Below, piece after piece: positions 27,169 to 36,268 of a stretch of 37,226 bases of DNA (its first letter is position 1; every line of letters begins with the position of its first letter). The notes beneath the pieces were generated by a model, which was not told where the DNA came from, ran no database searches, and saw nothing but the letters and a program-made list of their open reading frames with translations. The position numbers and the translations under genes are program-made. This DNA is from an uncultured bacterium (lineage in GTDB: Bacteria > Hydrothermota > E44-bin80): contig CAYMQB010000029.1 in the NCBI GenBank assembly GCA_964392665.1, forward strand, positions 1 through 37,226. The letters are read 5' to 3'.

Positions 27169-28203
27169 TTACATTACTTTCTTAAGCAGGGATAGAATTC
27201 CTTGTTTCCAGGCAACTCTATGGGTGATGCCTGAACCTTCGAGCTCATTGTAATGTTCAAGATACCATCTGTATGAGCGTATCAATGCATCCCTGTTACT
27301 ATATTTCGGTTTCCAGCCAAGTATTTTTTCCGCTTTGTCTGACGAGACAAAAGAATCTTTATCCGCAGTACCGTAAACCCACCTGTATAATGGCGACAAT
27401 CTTAGTATCCAGAGAAAGGTTAAAATAGGTTTTGCTAACCTGGATGGAATCGGCATAATACGAGAACCTGTTCCACTGAATTCACACATTGCACCGACAT
27501 CCTCACGTACGGTTCCAAATTCCTTTGCACCGACATTGAATGTATCATTAACTTTTTTCTTCGGCAATGTCAGCATAAGATATATGGAATCAACAAGGTC
27601 ATCGACTTCCAACAATTGATAATGGTTGTAACCATTCCCAATAATCGGTATCCTTTTCCCACTTTTTACCCAATCGTATAATATTTGAAAGACACCAAGT
27701 CGGCCTGTGCCTATAAAGGTTTTTGGTCTCACAACAGGAATGCACATGCCTCTTCTTCTATATTCCTCACATATTCTCTCTGCCTCGATCTTGCTTTCGC
27801 CGTAAGGTCCAACACCAACAAGAACATCATCTTCATAAATTGGATGTTTTTCAGGTACCCCATACACAGCAGTTGATGAAACAAAGACTACCCTATCTAC
27901 ATTATTTTTCAGAGAAGCACTCAGCACATTTTTCGTCCCCTCGATGTTAGTATCATATATATCCTTTTTCTTCCAGAGCGGAAGTGCTGCCGCCCCGTGC
28001 ACAACGCAGTTCACTCCTTTTAAGGCATTCTCAAGCGCCTCACTGTCTCTGATATCTATACGTAAATGCGTACAGTTCTCCGGATATTCCTGAGCATTAA
28101 TTTTTGCAATATCAATAACCATTATCCCATCGAATTTATCATTAAGGTTCTTGCACAGATGATATCCCAAAAAACCTGAGCCCCCTGTCACTGCCAGTTT
28201 CAC
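27169..28203 (-). CDS. NAD-dependent epimerase/dehydratase (extended SDR family).
   Basis: 344 aa. GGSGFLG Rossmann motif and YGESK catalytic Y...K. Confidence 0.85.
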   Translation of the reverse strand: MKLAVTGGSGFLGYHLCKNLNDKFDGIMVIDIAKINAQEYPENCTHLRIDIRDSEALENALKGVNCVVHGAAALPLWKKKDIYDTNIEGTKNVLSASLKNNVDRVVFVSSTAVYGVPEKHPIYEDDVLVGVGPYGESKIEAERICEEYRRRGMCIPVVRPKTFIGTGRLGVFQILYDWVKSGKRIPIIGNGYNHYQLLEVDDLVDSIYLMLTLPKKKVNDTFNVGAKEFGTVREDVGAMCEFSGTGSRIMPIPSRLAKPILTFLWILRLSPLYRWVYGTADKDSFVSSDKAEKILGWKPKYSNRDALIRSYRWYLEHYNELEGSGITHRVAWKQGILSLLKKVM

Positions 28204-28267
28204 TTAGTTCCCTTTCGTGTATATTTCGTCACTGATTTTACCAAAAATACTTGCATTGTTATATTTC

Positions 28268-29164
28268 CTATTGTTTTGAGAAATAAATTATCAAAACTGA
28301 AGACATTATCCACAGAAAAACATCGAGAAGAAGTGGTTTATCCGTTAGTAGTGTTTTCTCCGGGTTTCCACCCTCCTCTCTTCTATGGACAAGGTAAAGA
28401 TATCGAAAAATTCCATAGATTACAAAAGGGACGGTAAAAACCAAAAATCTCGTGCCAAATTTCATACAGGTTTGCTCTGCCATAGTGTAAAGTGCATAAG
28501 TTACAACCGTTGAAGCGGTAACCACTGCAATCATCTGGTCAAGAAGAGGAAGAGAATAAAAGGATAACGTATTTCTGTGAGTTATTGCATCCGCTTTAAG
28601 TAGTCCTATTTCATACCTTCTTTTACTCAATGCGAGAAATAAGGCAACCAAAAAAGTTGTGAGAAGCAACCATGGAGAAATTACGACACCTATTGCTACG
28701 GCACCTGCTATTGCTCTTAATACGAAACCAAATGCAATTACAACCACATCAAGAATAACCAGCTTTTTCAATATAAGAGAATAGATAACCATAATCAGAA
28801 GATAGCACACAACGGTTAACAGGAAAAAGTAATTTAGGAGAAAAGAAAATAGAATAGCTGCACAAGCGAGTATCAAAGCCACAAAAACACCGATACGTGA
28901 ACTAAAAACTCCTGCTGCAATGGGTCTTTTTTTCTTCTCGGGATGAACTTTATCAGCATCTTTATCAATAATGTCATTTAAAATATATGCTGAACTGCAG
29001 ACCATACAAAATATTAGGAATGCAAGTATGGATTTAACAACAGGGAAAAGCATCGTAAATCTTAGCGAGAAAATAACGCCTGCAAAAACAAAAAGATTTT
29101 TTATCCATTGAACCGGTCTCAGCTCAATGACAAGTGATTTAAACAAAGTTTTCTGCATCGTCAA
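28268..29164 (-). CDS. UbiA-family prenyl-phosphate glycosyltransferase (decaprenyl-phosphate phosphoribosyltransferase-like).
   Basis: 298 aa, polytopic. NDIIDKDADKVHPEKKKRPIAAG carries the UbiA Asp-rich motif in the arrangement seen in Rv3806c-type DPPR synthases. Confidence 0.75.
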   Translation of the reverse strand: MTMQKTLFKSLVIELRPVQWIKNLFVFAGVIFSLRFTMLFPVVKSILAFLIFCMVCSSAYILNDIIDKDADKVHPEKKKRPIAAGVFSSRIGVFVALILACAAILFSFLLNYFFLLTVVCYLLIMVIYSLILKKLVILDVVVIAFGFVLRAIAGAVAIGVVISPWLLLTTFLVALFLALSKRRYEIGLLKADAITHRNTLSFYSLPLLDQMIAVVTASTVVTYALYTMAEQTCMKFGTRFLVFTVPFVIYGIFRYLYLVHRREEGGNPEKTLLTDKPLLLDVFLWIMSSVLIIYFSKQ

Positions 29165-29178
29165 TCTATATTCAATTC

Positions 29179-29889
29179 TTACTGATTTTTAACATCAAAA
29201 ATCTCATCCGAAATATTCATTCCGGTCTCAACGCTCGTAACAATGGTTGAAGAAACGATACTATCTTCCAAAAATGTTTGAATTTTATATGGTATGCCCC
29301 AAATATCATTAATTTTCTTGTAATCACTAAAAATCAGGTTGACTGTCTTTTTACTCATATTCCCGGAAGCTTTTAAAGGAACGAATCGCGATTTAGAAAC
29401 CCATATTTTACTAAAAGGAAGGTCTAATTCCTCTTGCGTTTTAAGAACATAGCAATCCTCTCCATTAATTTTCTCTGTTCCGGACAATATGCTACTGAAT
29501 GGTATAATTTTCGAGAAATCATCGAAAACACCTGCCTTTAATGATTGGTCCTTGGGCATGAGAGTTATTCCGACAAAGGGAGAAATAAACCACAAATCAA
29601 TTCCATCGAACAGTATCACATTCTTGATTTTTTCAATGTCAATATCCATTTTTGAAACTGTACTTATTCTGTATTTGCTTCCCTTCTTCAGAACAATTTG
29701 AGTCGAGGAAATCTCTGCACCATTTGCAATACTATTTATTTCCTGAGTAATTCTGATAGCACCTGATTCTTCCATAATCTTCCTGTACCTTTCATTCATT
29801 TCACCAACGATAGTTTTAACCGATGTTGCAAAGAGACTACCGGAAACAAGCACTATAATAAAAATAGAACCAACTGCCTTTTTCATCAT
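29179..29889 (-). CDS. LolA-like / outer-membrane lipoprotein-sorting family protein (secreted).
   Basis: Start set at MKKAVGS... (SD AAAGGAGAG). Signal peptide, then a sequence style typical of LolA-fold proteins (NGEDCYVLKT...KIWVSKSRFVPLK). The fold assignment is tentative. Confidence 0.45.
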   Translation of the reverse strand: MMKKAVGSIFIIVLVSGSLFATSVKTIVGEMNERYRKIMEESGAIRITQEINSIANGAEISSTQIVLKKGSKYRISTVSKMDIDIEKIKNVILFDGIDLWFISPFVGITLMPKDQSLKAGVFDDFSKIIPFSSILSGTEKINGEDCYVLKTQEELDLPFSKIWVSKSRFVPLKASGNMSKKTVNLIFSDYKKINDIWGIPYKIQTFLEDSIVSSTIVTSVETGMNISDEIFDVKNQ

Positions 29890-30041
29890 CTCTCCTTTTT
29901 TTATGTTTAACACCAAAAAAAGATAACCACAGACACACAGAGCCTATGCTGCTCTCTCAGACTTTCGTAATTTCCATTTTCGCAATTTCGACTTTCTGTC
30001 CTCGGTCTTATGTCTTAAGTCTGTCTTTCTATGTTCCTGGT

Positions 30042-31868
30042 TTACTCCACAGTTACGCTCTTCGCAAGGTTTCTTGGTTTATCAACATCACATCCTCGCA
30101 TAACCGCAATGTGATAAGCTAGAAGTTGTAGTGGTACAACAGTAAGAAGTGGAGTCAGAATATCCAAAGTTCTGGGTATTGGTATGCAATACTTCAGTCT
30201 CTGTTCGATTTCCTTATCGCCTTCCGTTGTGATTGCAATAACGATACCTTTCCTTGATTTTACCTCTTCGATATTAGAAACAACCTTCTCAAAAACTGAA
30301 TCTCTTATAGCAATAAACACAACCGGCATGTTTTTATCAATTAGAGCAATGGGTCCGTGTTTCATTTCGGCTGCTGGATAGCCTTCGGCATGGATATAGG
30401 ATATTTCCTTTAATTTGAGTGCGCCTTCGAGTGCTACTGGGAAATTGTAACCTCTTCCAAGAAAAAGAAAGTTTTTCTTCCTGTAAAAATCCTTTGCAAT
30501 GGTCTGAATGTTCTTATCAAGTTTAAGTATACTTTCCACCTGTTCAGGAATTTTCTCTATTGCATCTATTATTTGTCTTCCTTTTTCAACAGACAGTGTT
30601 CGCATTCTTCCCATAAGAAGAGATACAAGAGCAAGAACCATTATCTGTGAGGAAAATGCTTTTGTCGAAGCAACTCCAATTTCAGGTCCGGCGTGTATGT
30701 AAACTCCACCGTCAGTTTCTCTTGCGATGGTGCTTCCCACGACATTGCAAATTCCAAGAACTGTTGCACCCCTCCTTTTCGCTTCCCGCATGGCAGCAAG
30801 TGTATCCGCTGTTTCACCAGATTGGCTAATTGCATATAGTATTGTATTTAAATTTATCACAGGGCTTCTATACCTGAACTCCGATGCATATTCCACTTCA
30901 ACAGGAACTCTTGTCATTTCCTCAATCATATATTCGCCTATCAATCCCGCATGCCAGGCAGTTCCACACGCTGTAATTATTATCCTGCTTACCTTTTCAA
31001 GTTCATCTTTGTGTCTATCCAAACCATCAAGTCGTGCAGTCCCCTCCTCCCAATTCAATCTTCCTCTTATTGCATTTCTTAAAGTCAAAGGTTGTTCTAA
31101 TATTTCTTTTAGCATAAAGTGGGGAAATCCATCTTTTTCTATCTCACCAAGTGTCCAGGAAATTTCCTGTATTTTTGGCTTTATTTCCTTTTCTTCAAGT
31201 GTGGTAATGGTAAAACCGTCATTCTTGATAGAAGCTATTTCTCCGTCTTCAAGGTATACAACCTGTCTGGTGTGTTGAATTATTGGGGCTGCGTCAGAAG
31301 CAACGAAGTATTCATCTCCACCATCTCCTATAACAAGAGGACTTCCATTCCTTGCGCAAATTAACGTTTTCGGATTGTCCAGGGAAACAATCGCAACCCC
31401 ATAAGTACCTTCTACCTCAGAAAGTGCTATCCTTACTGCCCTCATTAGGTCACCATCATAGTGTTCTTCTATTAGATGAGCAATAACCTCCGTATCTGTT
31501 TCAGTTCTGAACTTGTGCCCTTTTTTTGTCAGGTATTTTCTTATCGAATTGCAGTTCTCGATGATTCCATTATGGACAACCGCAATATTACCTTTACAGT
31601 CAGTATGGGGATGTGCATTCGTATCCGATGGTTCTCCGTGAGTTGCCCATCTCGTATGAGCAATACCAACCTGAGAATCAATATCATCCTCATGAATAAG
31701 TTGCTCGAGTTTGGCTACCCGTCCAGCAATCTTCTGGACAATCAGCTTTTTATCCGATATTACCGCAATACCTGCGGAATCATATCCTCTGTATTCAAGC
31801 TTTTTCAATCCTTCGATAAGGATTGGAATAGCCTGTTTTTTACCAATGTAGCCAACTATACCACACAT
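30042..31868 (-). CDS. glmS: Glutamine--fructose-6-phosphate aminotransferase (isomerizing).
   Basis: 608 aa, MCGIVGY N-terminal nucleophile, two SIS domains, C-terminal ...KPRNLAKSVTVE. SD AAGGAGAAAA upstream. Confidence 0.95.
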   Translation of the reverse strand: MCGIVGYIGKKQAIPILIEGLKKLEYRGYDSAGIAVISDKKLIVQKIAGRVAKLEQLIHEDDIDSQVGIAHTRWATHGEPSDTNAHPHTDCKGNIAVVHNGIIENCNSIRKYLTKKGHKFRTETDTEVIAHLIEEHYDGDLMRAVRIALSEVEGTYGVAIVSLDNPKTLICARNGSPLVIGDGGDEYFVASDAAPIIQHTRQVVYLEDGEIASIKNDGFTITTLEEKEIKPKIQEISWTLGEIEKDGFPHFMLKEILEQPLTLRNAIRGRLNWEEGTARLDGLDRHKDELEKVSRIIITACGTAWHAGLIGEYMIEEMTRVPVEVEYASEFRYRSPVINLNTILYAISQSGETADTLAAMREAKRRGATVLGICNVVGSTIARETDGGVYIHAGPEIGVASTKAFSSQIMVLALVSLLMGRMRTLSVEKGRQIIDAIEKIPEQVESILKLDKNIQTIAKDFYRKKNFLFLGRGYNFPVALEGALKLKEISYIHAEGYPAAEMKHGPIALIDKNMPVVFIAIRDSVFEKVVSNIEEVKSRKGIVIAITTEGDKEIEQRLKYCIPIPRTLDILTPLLTVVPLQLLAYHIAVMRGCDVDKPRNLAKSVTVE

Positions 31869-31892
31869 ATTTTTCTCCTTGTAACTAAATAA

Positions 31893-31950
31893 CGTCGTTC
31901 AATTCGTTTAGATCGTTTACATCGTTAATATAGTTTAGAGCGTTTCATTC
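31893..31950. promoter_or_regulatory. Phased array of TCGTT(T)A motifs (period about 9-10 nt) in the glmS leader, with near-identical sub-blocks in the glmM leader.
   Basis: cgTCGTTCAAtTCGTTTAGAtCGTTTACAtCGTTAATAtagTTTAGAGCGTTTcattc. Shared with 33371-33414: TTAGAGCGTTT(A/C), (T/C)ATCGTTAAT, CGTTTAG, ..CATTC. Confidence 0.35.
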
Positions 31951-32011
31951 AATAACAAATAAAACCAATTAAACCAATTAAACAGTTTATTATAAGTTTT
32001 TTCTACACTTT

Positions 32012-33355
32012 TCATCCTTGTTTAACTATTTTGATGACCCTGTTACACAAATCCAGAGCGTCTTTTTCCCTTTTCGCTTCGGCAATGATTCTCACTATGG
32101 GTTCAGTCCCCGATTTCCTTATATGTACCCAGCTATCTTTCCAGTCTATTCTTAGACCATCTACCCTGTTTGTCTTTCCTGACGCAAATTCTTTAACAAT
32201 CTTACCGTAATTAAGTTCTTTTGATGATTTTAATTTATTCTTAATAATGTTCAATTTCTCAAATTCACTGCTCAGCTGATTGATGGTTTTCCCGGATTCC
32301 AACATATATTGAAGTATCAATGCAGTACCTGATAAAGCATCCCGTGTATATTGAATTTGAGGCACAATAACACCTCCATTACCTTCACCTCCAAACACTG
32401 CTCTGGTTGCCTTCATTTTTGACACAACATTGGCTTCTCCAACCTTTGTCCTGTAAAGTTTCGCACCAAATTTTTGCGTTACTTCATCTATCATCCTGCT
32501 TGTAGATAAGTTTGTAACAACACGACCTTTAATTTTTGAAAGATAGAATCTTCCAGTAAGTGCCAGTGAATACTCTTCGCCCAGTGGAACTCCGTCGCTT
32601 CCAACAATGGATAATCTGTCGCCATCTGCATCCGTTGCAAAACCAACATCTGCCTTGTTTTTTTTTACCTTTTTACCCAAGACCGAAAGATTCTCAGGAA
32701 TAGGTTCAGGATTTCTTATGAAATCACCATTTCCATCGCAAAATACCTTTATAACGCTGCACCCAAGTCTTTTTAAGAATTGTGGAAAAATCTCGGATCC
32801 AGCACCGTTGACACAGTCAACAGCAACACGGAATTTTCTTCTCTTCAATCTTTCAATGTCAATCAAAGAAAGTGAAAGAACGGCATCTATGTGACGTTTG
32901 TTGGCTTCATTATCCATTTCGACCTTGCCCATTTTATTTAGAAGCACGGTGCGAAATTTGCTCTTCTCATATATCGTAATAAATCTTTTTGCCTGCGAGC
33001 TATCCAGAAAAATACCGCTTTTGCCAATAAATTTGAGACCGTTCCATTCCCCCGGATTATGACTTGCCGTAATTGCAATACCACCAGCAGCCTTAAGAGA
33101 TTTCACATTGTAAAGAACCGTGGGTGTTGGACATATACCTATATCCGTTACATTGCATCCTGCAGCAAGAAGTCCTGATATTACGGAGTGTTTGACCATA
33201 TCCCCCGTCGTTCTTGTATCACTACCTATTATCACCTTGCCGGTTTTTATAAAAGTACCAAATGAGAGAGCAAAACGAGAAATTACACTGGGTGTCAAAC
33301 CCTTACCAACAATCCCTCTCACACCTGAAACACTTATCATTAAATCGTTTTTCAT
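32012..33355 (-). CDS. glmM: Phosphoglucosamine mutase (alpha-D-phosphohexomutase family).
   Basis: 447 aa. N-terminal SVSGVRGIVG, active-site Ser loop TASHNPGEWNGLKF, metal-binding DADGDR. Assigned glmM rather than manB/pgm by adjacency to glmS and the GIRG-type N-terminus. Confidence 0.8.
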   Translation of the reverse strand: MKNDLMISVSGVRGIVGKGLTPSVISRFALSFGTFIKTGKVIIGSDTRTTGDMVKHSVISGLLAAGCNVTDIGICPTPTVLYNVKSLKAAGGIAITASHNPGEWNGLKFIGKSGIFLDSSQAKRFITIYEKSKFRTVLLNKMGKVEMDNEANKRHIDAVLSLSLIDIERLKRRKFRVAVDCVNGAGSEIFPQFLKRLGCSVIKVFCDGNGDFIRNPEPIPENLSVLGKKVKKNKADVGFATDADGDRLSIVGSDGVPLGEEYSLALTGRFYLSKIKGRVVTNLSTSRMIDEVTQKFGAKLYRTKVGEANVVSKMKATRAVFGGEGNGGVIVPQIQYTRDALSGTALILQYMLESGKTINQLSSEFEKLNIIKNKLKSSKELNYGKIVKEFASGKTNRVDGLRIDWKDSWVHIRKSGTEPIVRIIAEAKREKDALDLCNRVIKIVKQG

Positions 33356-33370
33356 ATGCTAAATCATATT

Positions 33371-33414
33371 GTTCGCTTAGAGCGTTTAGTTCGTTATTAT
33401 CGTTAATCTCATTC
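33371..33414. promoter_or_regulatory. glmM leader copy of the TTAGAGCGTTTAG / ATCGTTAAT motif array.
   Basis: gttcgcTTAGAGCGTTTAGtTCGTTAttATCGTTAATctCATTC, 16-60 nt upstream of the glmM start. Confidence 0.35.
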
Positions 33415-33507
33415 TTAGGTTTTTCGTGACTACAACAACTCCCCTTGTTGCAGTTTAGCTTGTGCACCTGTGCTCCTTAGAACTGTATCTCTTTTTGAGA
33501 AAAAAGA

Positions 33508-33578
33508 GCTGGTGATCCGAATTGAACGGACAACCTACGCATTACGAATGCGTTGCTCTACCGTTGAGCTACACCAGC
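33508..33578 (-). tRNA. tRNA-Thr (anticodon CGU).
   Basis: Minus-strand sequence GCTGGTG-TA-GCTC-AACGGTA-GAGC-A-ACGCA-TTCGTAA-TGCGT-AGGTT-GTCCG-TTCAATT-CGGAT-CACCAGC-T folds as a cloverleaf (7-bp acceptor, 4-bp D, 5-bp anticodon, 5-bp T stems). Anticodon loop TT-CGT-AA. CCA is not encoded. Followed by an AT-rich hairpin CTCTTTTT-GAGA-AAAAAGAG. Confidence 0.8.
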
Positions 33579-33713
33579 TTTCAACCTGAATAATTATACC
33601 CTTAAAAAATCCTTATGTCAATAGTTTTTTGATGGAAGATTTTCTGCGAAAAACCACTAACTTTTTTCTCTTGCCAATGGGGAGTGGTATAGTTTCACTG
33701 ACAAGATAATCTA

Positions 33714-33733
33714 AAAATGGGCGCTGTCCCTAC
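33714..33733 (-). repeat. Dispersed GC-rich motif (reverse-complement copy): gtAGGGACAGCGCCCaTTTT.
   Basis: Plus strand reads aaaatGGGCGCTGTCCCTac, 115 nt downstream of the GNAT stop. Forms an inverted pair with the copy at 34384-34402. Confidence 0.65.
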
Positions 33734-33846
33734 TTTCACTTTCCCACTTTCCTACTTTCCCAACGCGAGCCAATTTGGGCGTAGCGAAGCATAGGCGGGT
33801 ACTCGTTGTTGTGCGATTTTGTGTGGCGATTCTAAAATGTTTCATA

Positions 33847-34347
33847 TCAGCTAGTAGCTAAAAATCCTTCATGAAATACAACAAATCCTTTAGGAACTGT
33901 TTCAGTAAATGGTAAAACAAGAAAAACTTCTTGTGGTACACCATCATGAATTAATTCTGGATAATTCTTGAATCCAAAATGTTTATAATAATTTGGGTCT
34001 CCAACAAGAGCACAACCCTTAGCTCCCCTTTCCTTCAATAAAGTCAATCCTTTATTGATTAATGCCTTTCCAATGCCATTTTTCTGAAAATCGGGTTTTA
34101 CAGAGACAGGCCCAAGTCCATAGCAATCTGTTGTATTATCTGAAATTGTAATAGGTGAAAAAGCAATATGCCCAACAATTTTCTCATCAATTTCTGCCAC
34201 AAGAGAAATTGTTAATACACCTGCCGAACGGAGCGCATTAATGATAAAATGCTCAGTTTGGTTGCTAATCGCAAGATTTTTAAAAGCTTCTATCGTTACT
34301 TCTGCTATAGCTGTTATATCAGTATTTTTTTCATATCTTATAATCAT
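33847..34347 (-). CDS. GNAT-family N-acetyltransferase.
   Basis: 166 aa. Acetyl-CoA binding motif QKNGIGKALINKGLTLLKERGAKGCALVGD (Q/R..G.G..L motif A) and YhbS-like layout. Confidence 0.85.
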   Translation of the reverse strand: MIIRYEKNTDITAIAEVTIEAFKNLAISNQTEHFIINALRSAGVLTISLVAEIDEKIVGHIAFSPITISDNTTDCYGLGPVSVKPDFQKNGIGKALINKGLTLLKERGAKGCALVGDPNYYKHFGFKNYPELIHDGVPQEVFLVLPFTETVPKGFVVFHEGFLATS

Positions 34348-34383
34348 CTTAGTCTCCTTTTGTTTTTAGAAAATTAGGAAAAA

Positions 34384-34402
34384 CTAGGGACAGCGCCCGT
34401 TT
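34384..34402 (+). repeat. Dispersed GC-rich motif TAGGGACAGCGCCCGTTTT, copy 3.
   Basis: Read directly, 37 nt upstream of the GNAT start codon. Confidence 0.65.
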
Positions 34403-34743
34403 TCAAGTTTCCTATATACATCCTTATAATCACTTTCACGATCCCCCTAATTTATTACTTCCTTCCATTTCTAAATTATCCAAAGAACTAACTATTTTGC
34501 GGGTTGTAACCTTAATCTTTTCAGACTTTTCTCTAGGTACCTTTATTAGAGTTTTTTCCATATTATGTCATAAAAATACAACATAATGGATTAGAAGCCA
34601 AGAAAATTCTAAAAATTTGGGAATAGCGAGAAATATCGTTGCCAATCTTTAAGATTGATGGCGTTCATTTATGTATTAAAATAATGTCTAAAAGCTTAAA
34701 CATTCCTTATTTTTCATATTAATATCAACAATGTATCAGAACG

Positions 34744-35898
34744 TCACGATTTAATATCGAAGATATCAAAACATAATTCCTCGGGGAAAGATATTTCTTT
34801 CATACACCTAAGCGCATATCTATCAGTCATACCTGCAACATAGTCTCTCACAATTTTTTTAGTCCCCGCTTTTTCTTGTGAATAGATCTTTTTCATATAT
34901 TTTAGGTATCTCCCGAACCGCCTGTCTAAGGGATTTGAACTGCGAGAATACTCATCATATTTGGAACCCCATTTCTGATGTATGTCACACAGATAATCAA
35001 AAAGCTTTACAATTATTTTTTCGCAGTAAATCCCGTAATTTATAATCTTCTCATGTTCATATATTTTCTTTATACTAAAATTGTAGAGTTCCATTAATAT
35101 ACTATATTTCTCATTTGAAAACCCGATTTTTCCGCTCTCATTGCAATAACTAATTACGTCCCCCACAAAAAAATCTATAAAATCTGCGTTTATATTTCGG
35201 ATTCGAGCTCTCGTTATTCTATCTATGCATTTAGGTATCTCACTACGTTTGATAAAACCACCTAGCAAAGCATCTTCTATGTCACGACCTATGTAAGCAA
35301 TTCTATCAGCAATTCGAACTATGCATCCTTCATAACTACATGGATAAATATTCCTTCCTCGTATATCCTCTAATTGTTTCTTTTTCTTTCGTGGTTGCAA
35401 AACTTGTTCCGGTGCTTCACCGCAATGACAGATGATACCATCTCTTACACCATAGGTTAAATTCAGGCTTTTTCCTCTATCCCCAATTTTATCAACTATT
35501 CTTAATCCGTGGATCTCATGGATAAATCCGCCTATGTCACTACATTTGTTTTTCAATGCCTTTTCTCCTGCGTGCCCAAAGGGGGCATGACCCAAATCAT
35601 GCCCAAGTCCAATTGTATATGCCATTTCTTCCTTTAGATTCAAAGCCTTTGCTATTGTTTCTGCGATTGTGGCAACATGGAATGCATGCTCAATACGTGT
35701 ACATATATGGTCATTATTAGGTGCAAAGAAAACTTGTGCTTTGTTCTTAAGTCTACGAAATGGAAGAGAATGTATTATTGCTGTTTGGTCCCTAAAATAA
35801 GGACCGCGTATATCTTCGCGTCGAGAATATAGCCTTGATTTGTATTCCTCATCTGAAAGTGGATTCACAAAGCTCACGCTTGTCTGAACTTTTGGCAT
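34744..35898 (-). CDS. dgt: dGTP triphosphohydrolase-like HD-domain protein (Dgt family).
   Basis: 384 aa. HD motif block HVATIAETIA...IGLGHDLGHAPFGHAGE and C-terminal YVAGMTDRYAL, both typical of dGTPase-like proteins. Confidence 0.85.
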   Translation of the reverse strand: MPKVQTSVSFVNPLSDEEYKSRLYSRREDIRGPYFRDQTAIIHSLPFRRLKNKAQVFFAPNNDHICTRIEHAFHVATIAETIAKALNLKEEMAYTIGLGHDLGHAPFGHAGEKALKNKCSDIGGFIHEIHGLRIVDKIGDRGKSLNLTYGVRDGIICHCGEAPEQVLQPRKKKKQLEDIRGRNIYPCSYEGCIVRIADRIAYIGRDIEDALLGGFIKRSEIPKCIDRITRARIRNINADFIDFFVGDVISYCNESGKIGFSNEKYSILMELYNFSIKKIYEHEKIINYGIYCEKIIVKLFDYLCDIHQKWGSKYDEYSRSSNPLDRRFGRYLKYMKKIYSQEKAGTKKIVRDYVAGMTDRYALRCMKEISFPEELCFDIFDIKS

Positions 35899-36051
35899 TT
35901 GGTCTCTCCTATATAATTATTTTATTCATATTTCCTACATGTAGAAACAACCTTTCAGATTTTCATTTTACTAAACTTAATTACATTACTAAATATCACA
36001 TTATGTCTTATATTTCAAGCAAAAAACTTTTAACTGTCAAAACAAAATGGA

Positions 36052-36065
36052 GAATTGGGGTCAGG
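36052..36065 (+). repeat. Partial copy (AATTGGGGTCAGGA) of the window-edge palindromic repeat family.
   Basis: Exact reverse complement of window positions 17-30. Confidence 0.5.
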
Positions 36066-36268
36066 AGACAATATACTATTTAGACCTTTTGTTACCATTT
36101 TAACTTCCACGTAATCTGATTTAATAATGATGTATCAACTGAACCTTTAGACTCCCGCTCTTATACTTCTTCAGCAACTCAGGTAGATGATTCCTATCAT
36201 TTTCTTTTCTACCTTTCAATTACTTGTTTAGTATTTTGAAGCCTGAAGCCGTTTCTACTACGAAGTTA

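Noticed and set aside
31869-32011. A glmS ribozyme in the glmS 5' leader.
   Set aside because: None of the conserved ribozyme core elements were recognisable. The leader instead contains the TCGTTTA array, which is shared with glmM.
33356-33846. A tRNA-Thr-associated integrative island.
   Set aside because: No integrase, excisionase or direct repeat of the tRNA 3' end was found on either side. The 3' side of the tRNA leads directly into glmM/glmS.
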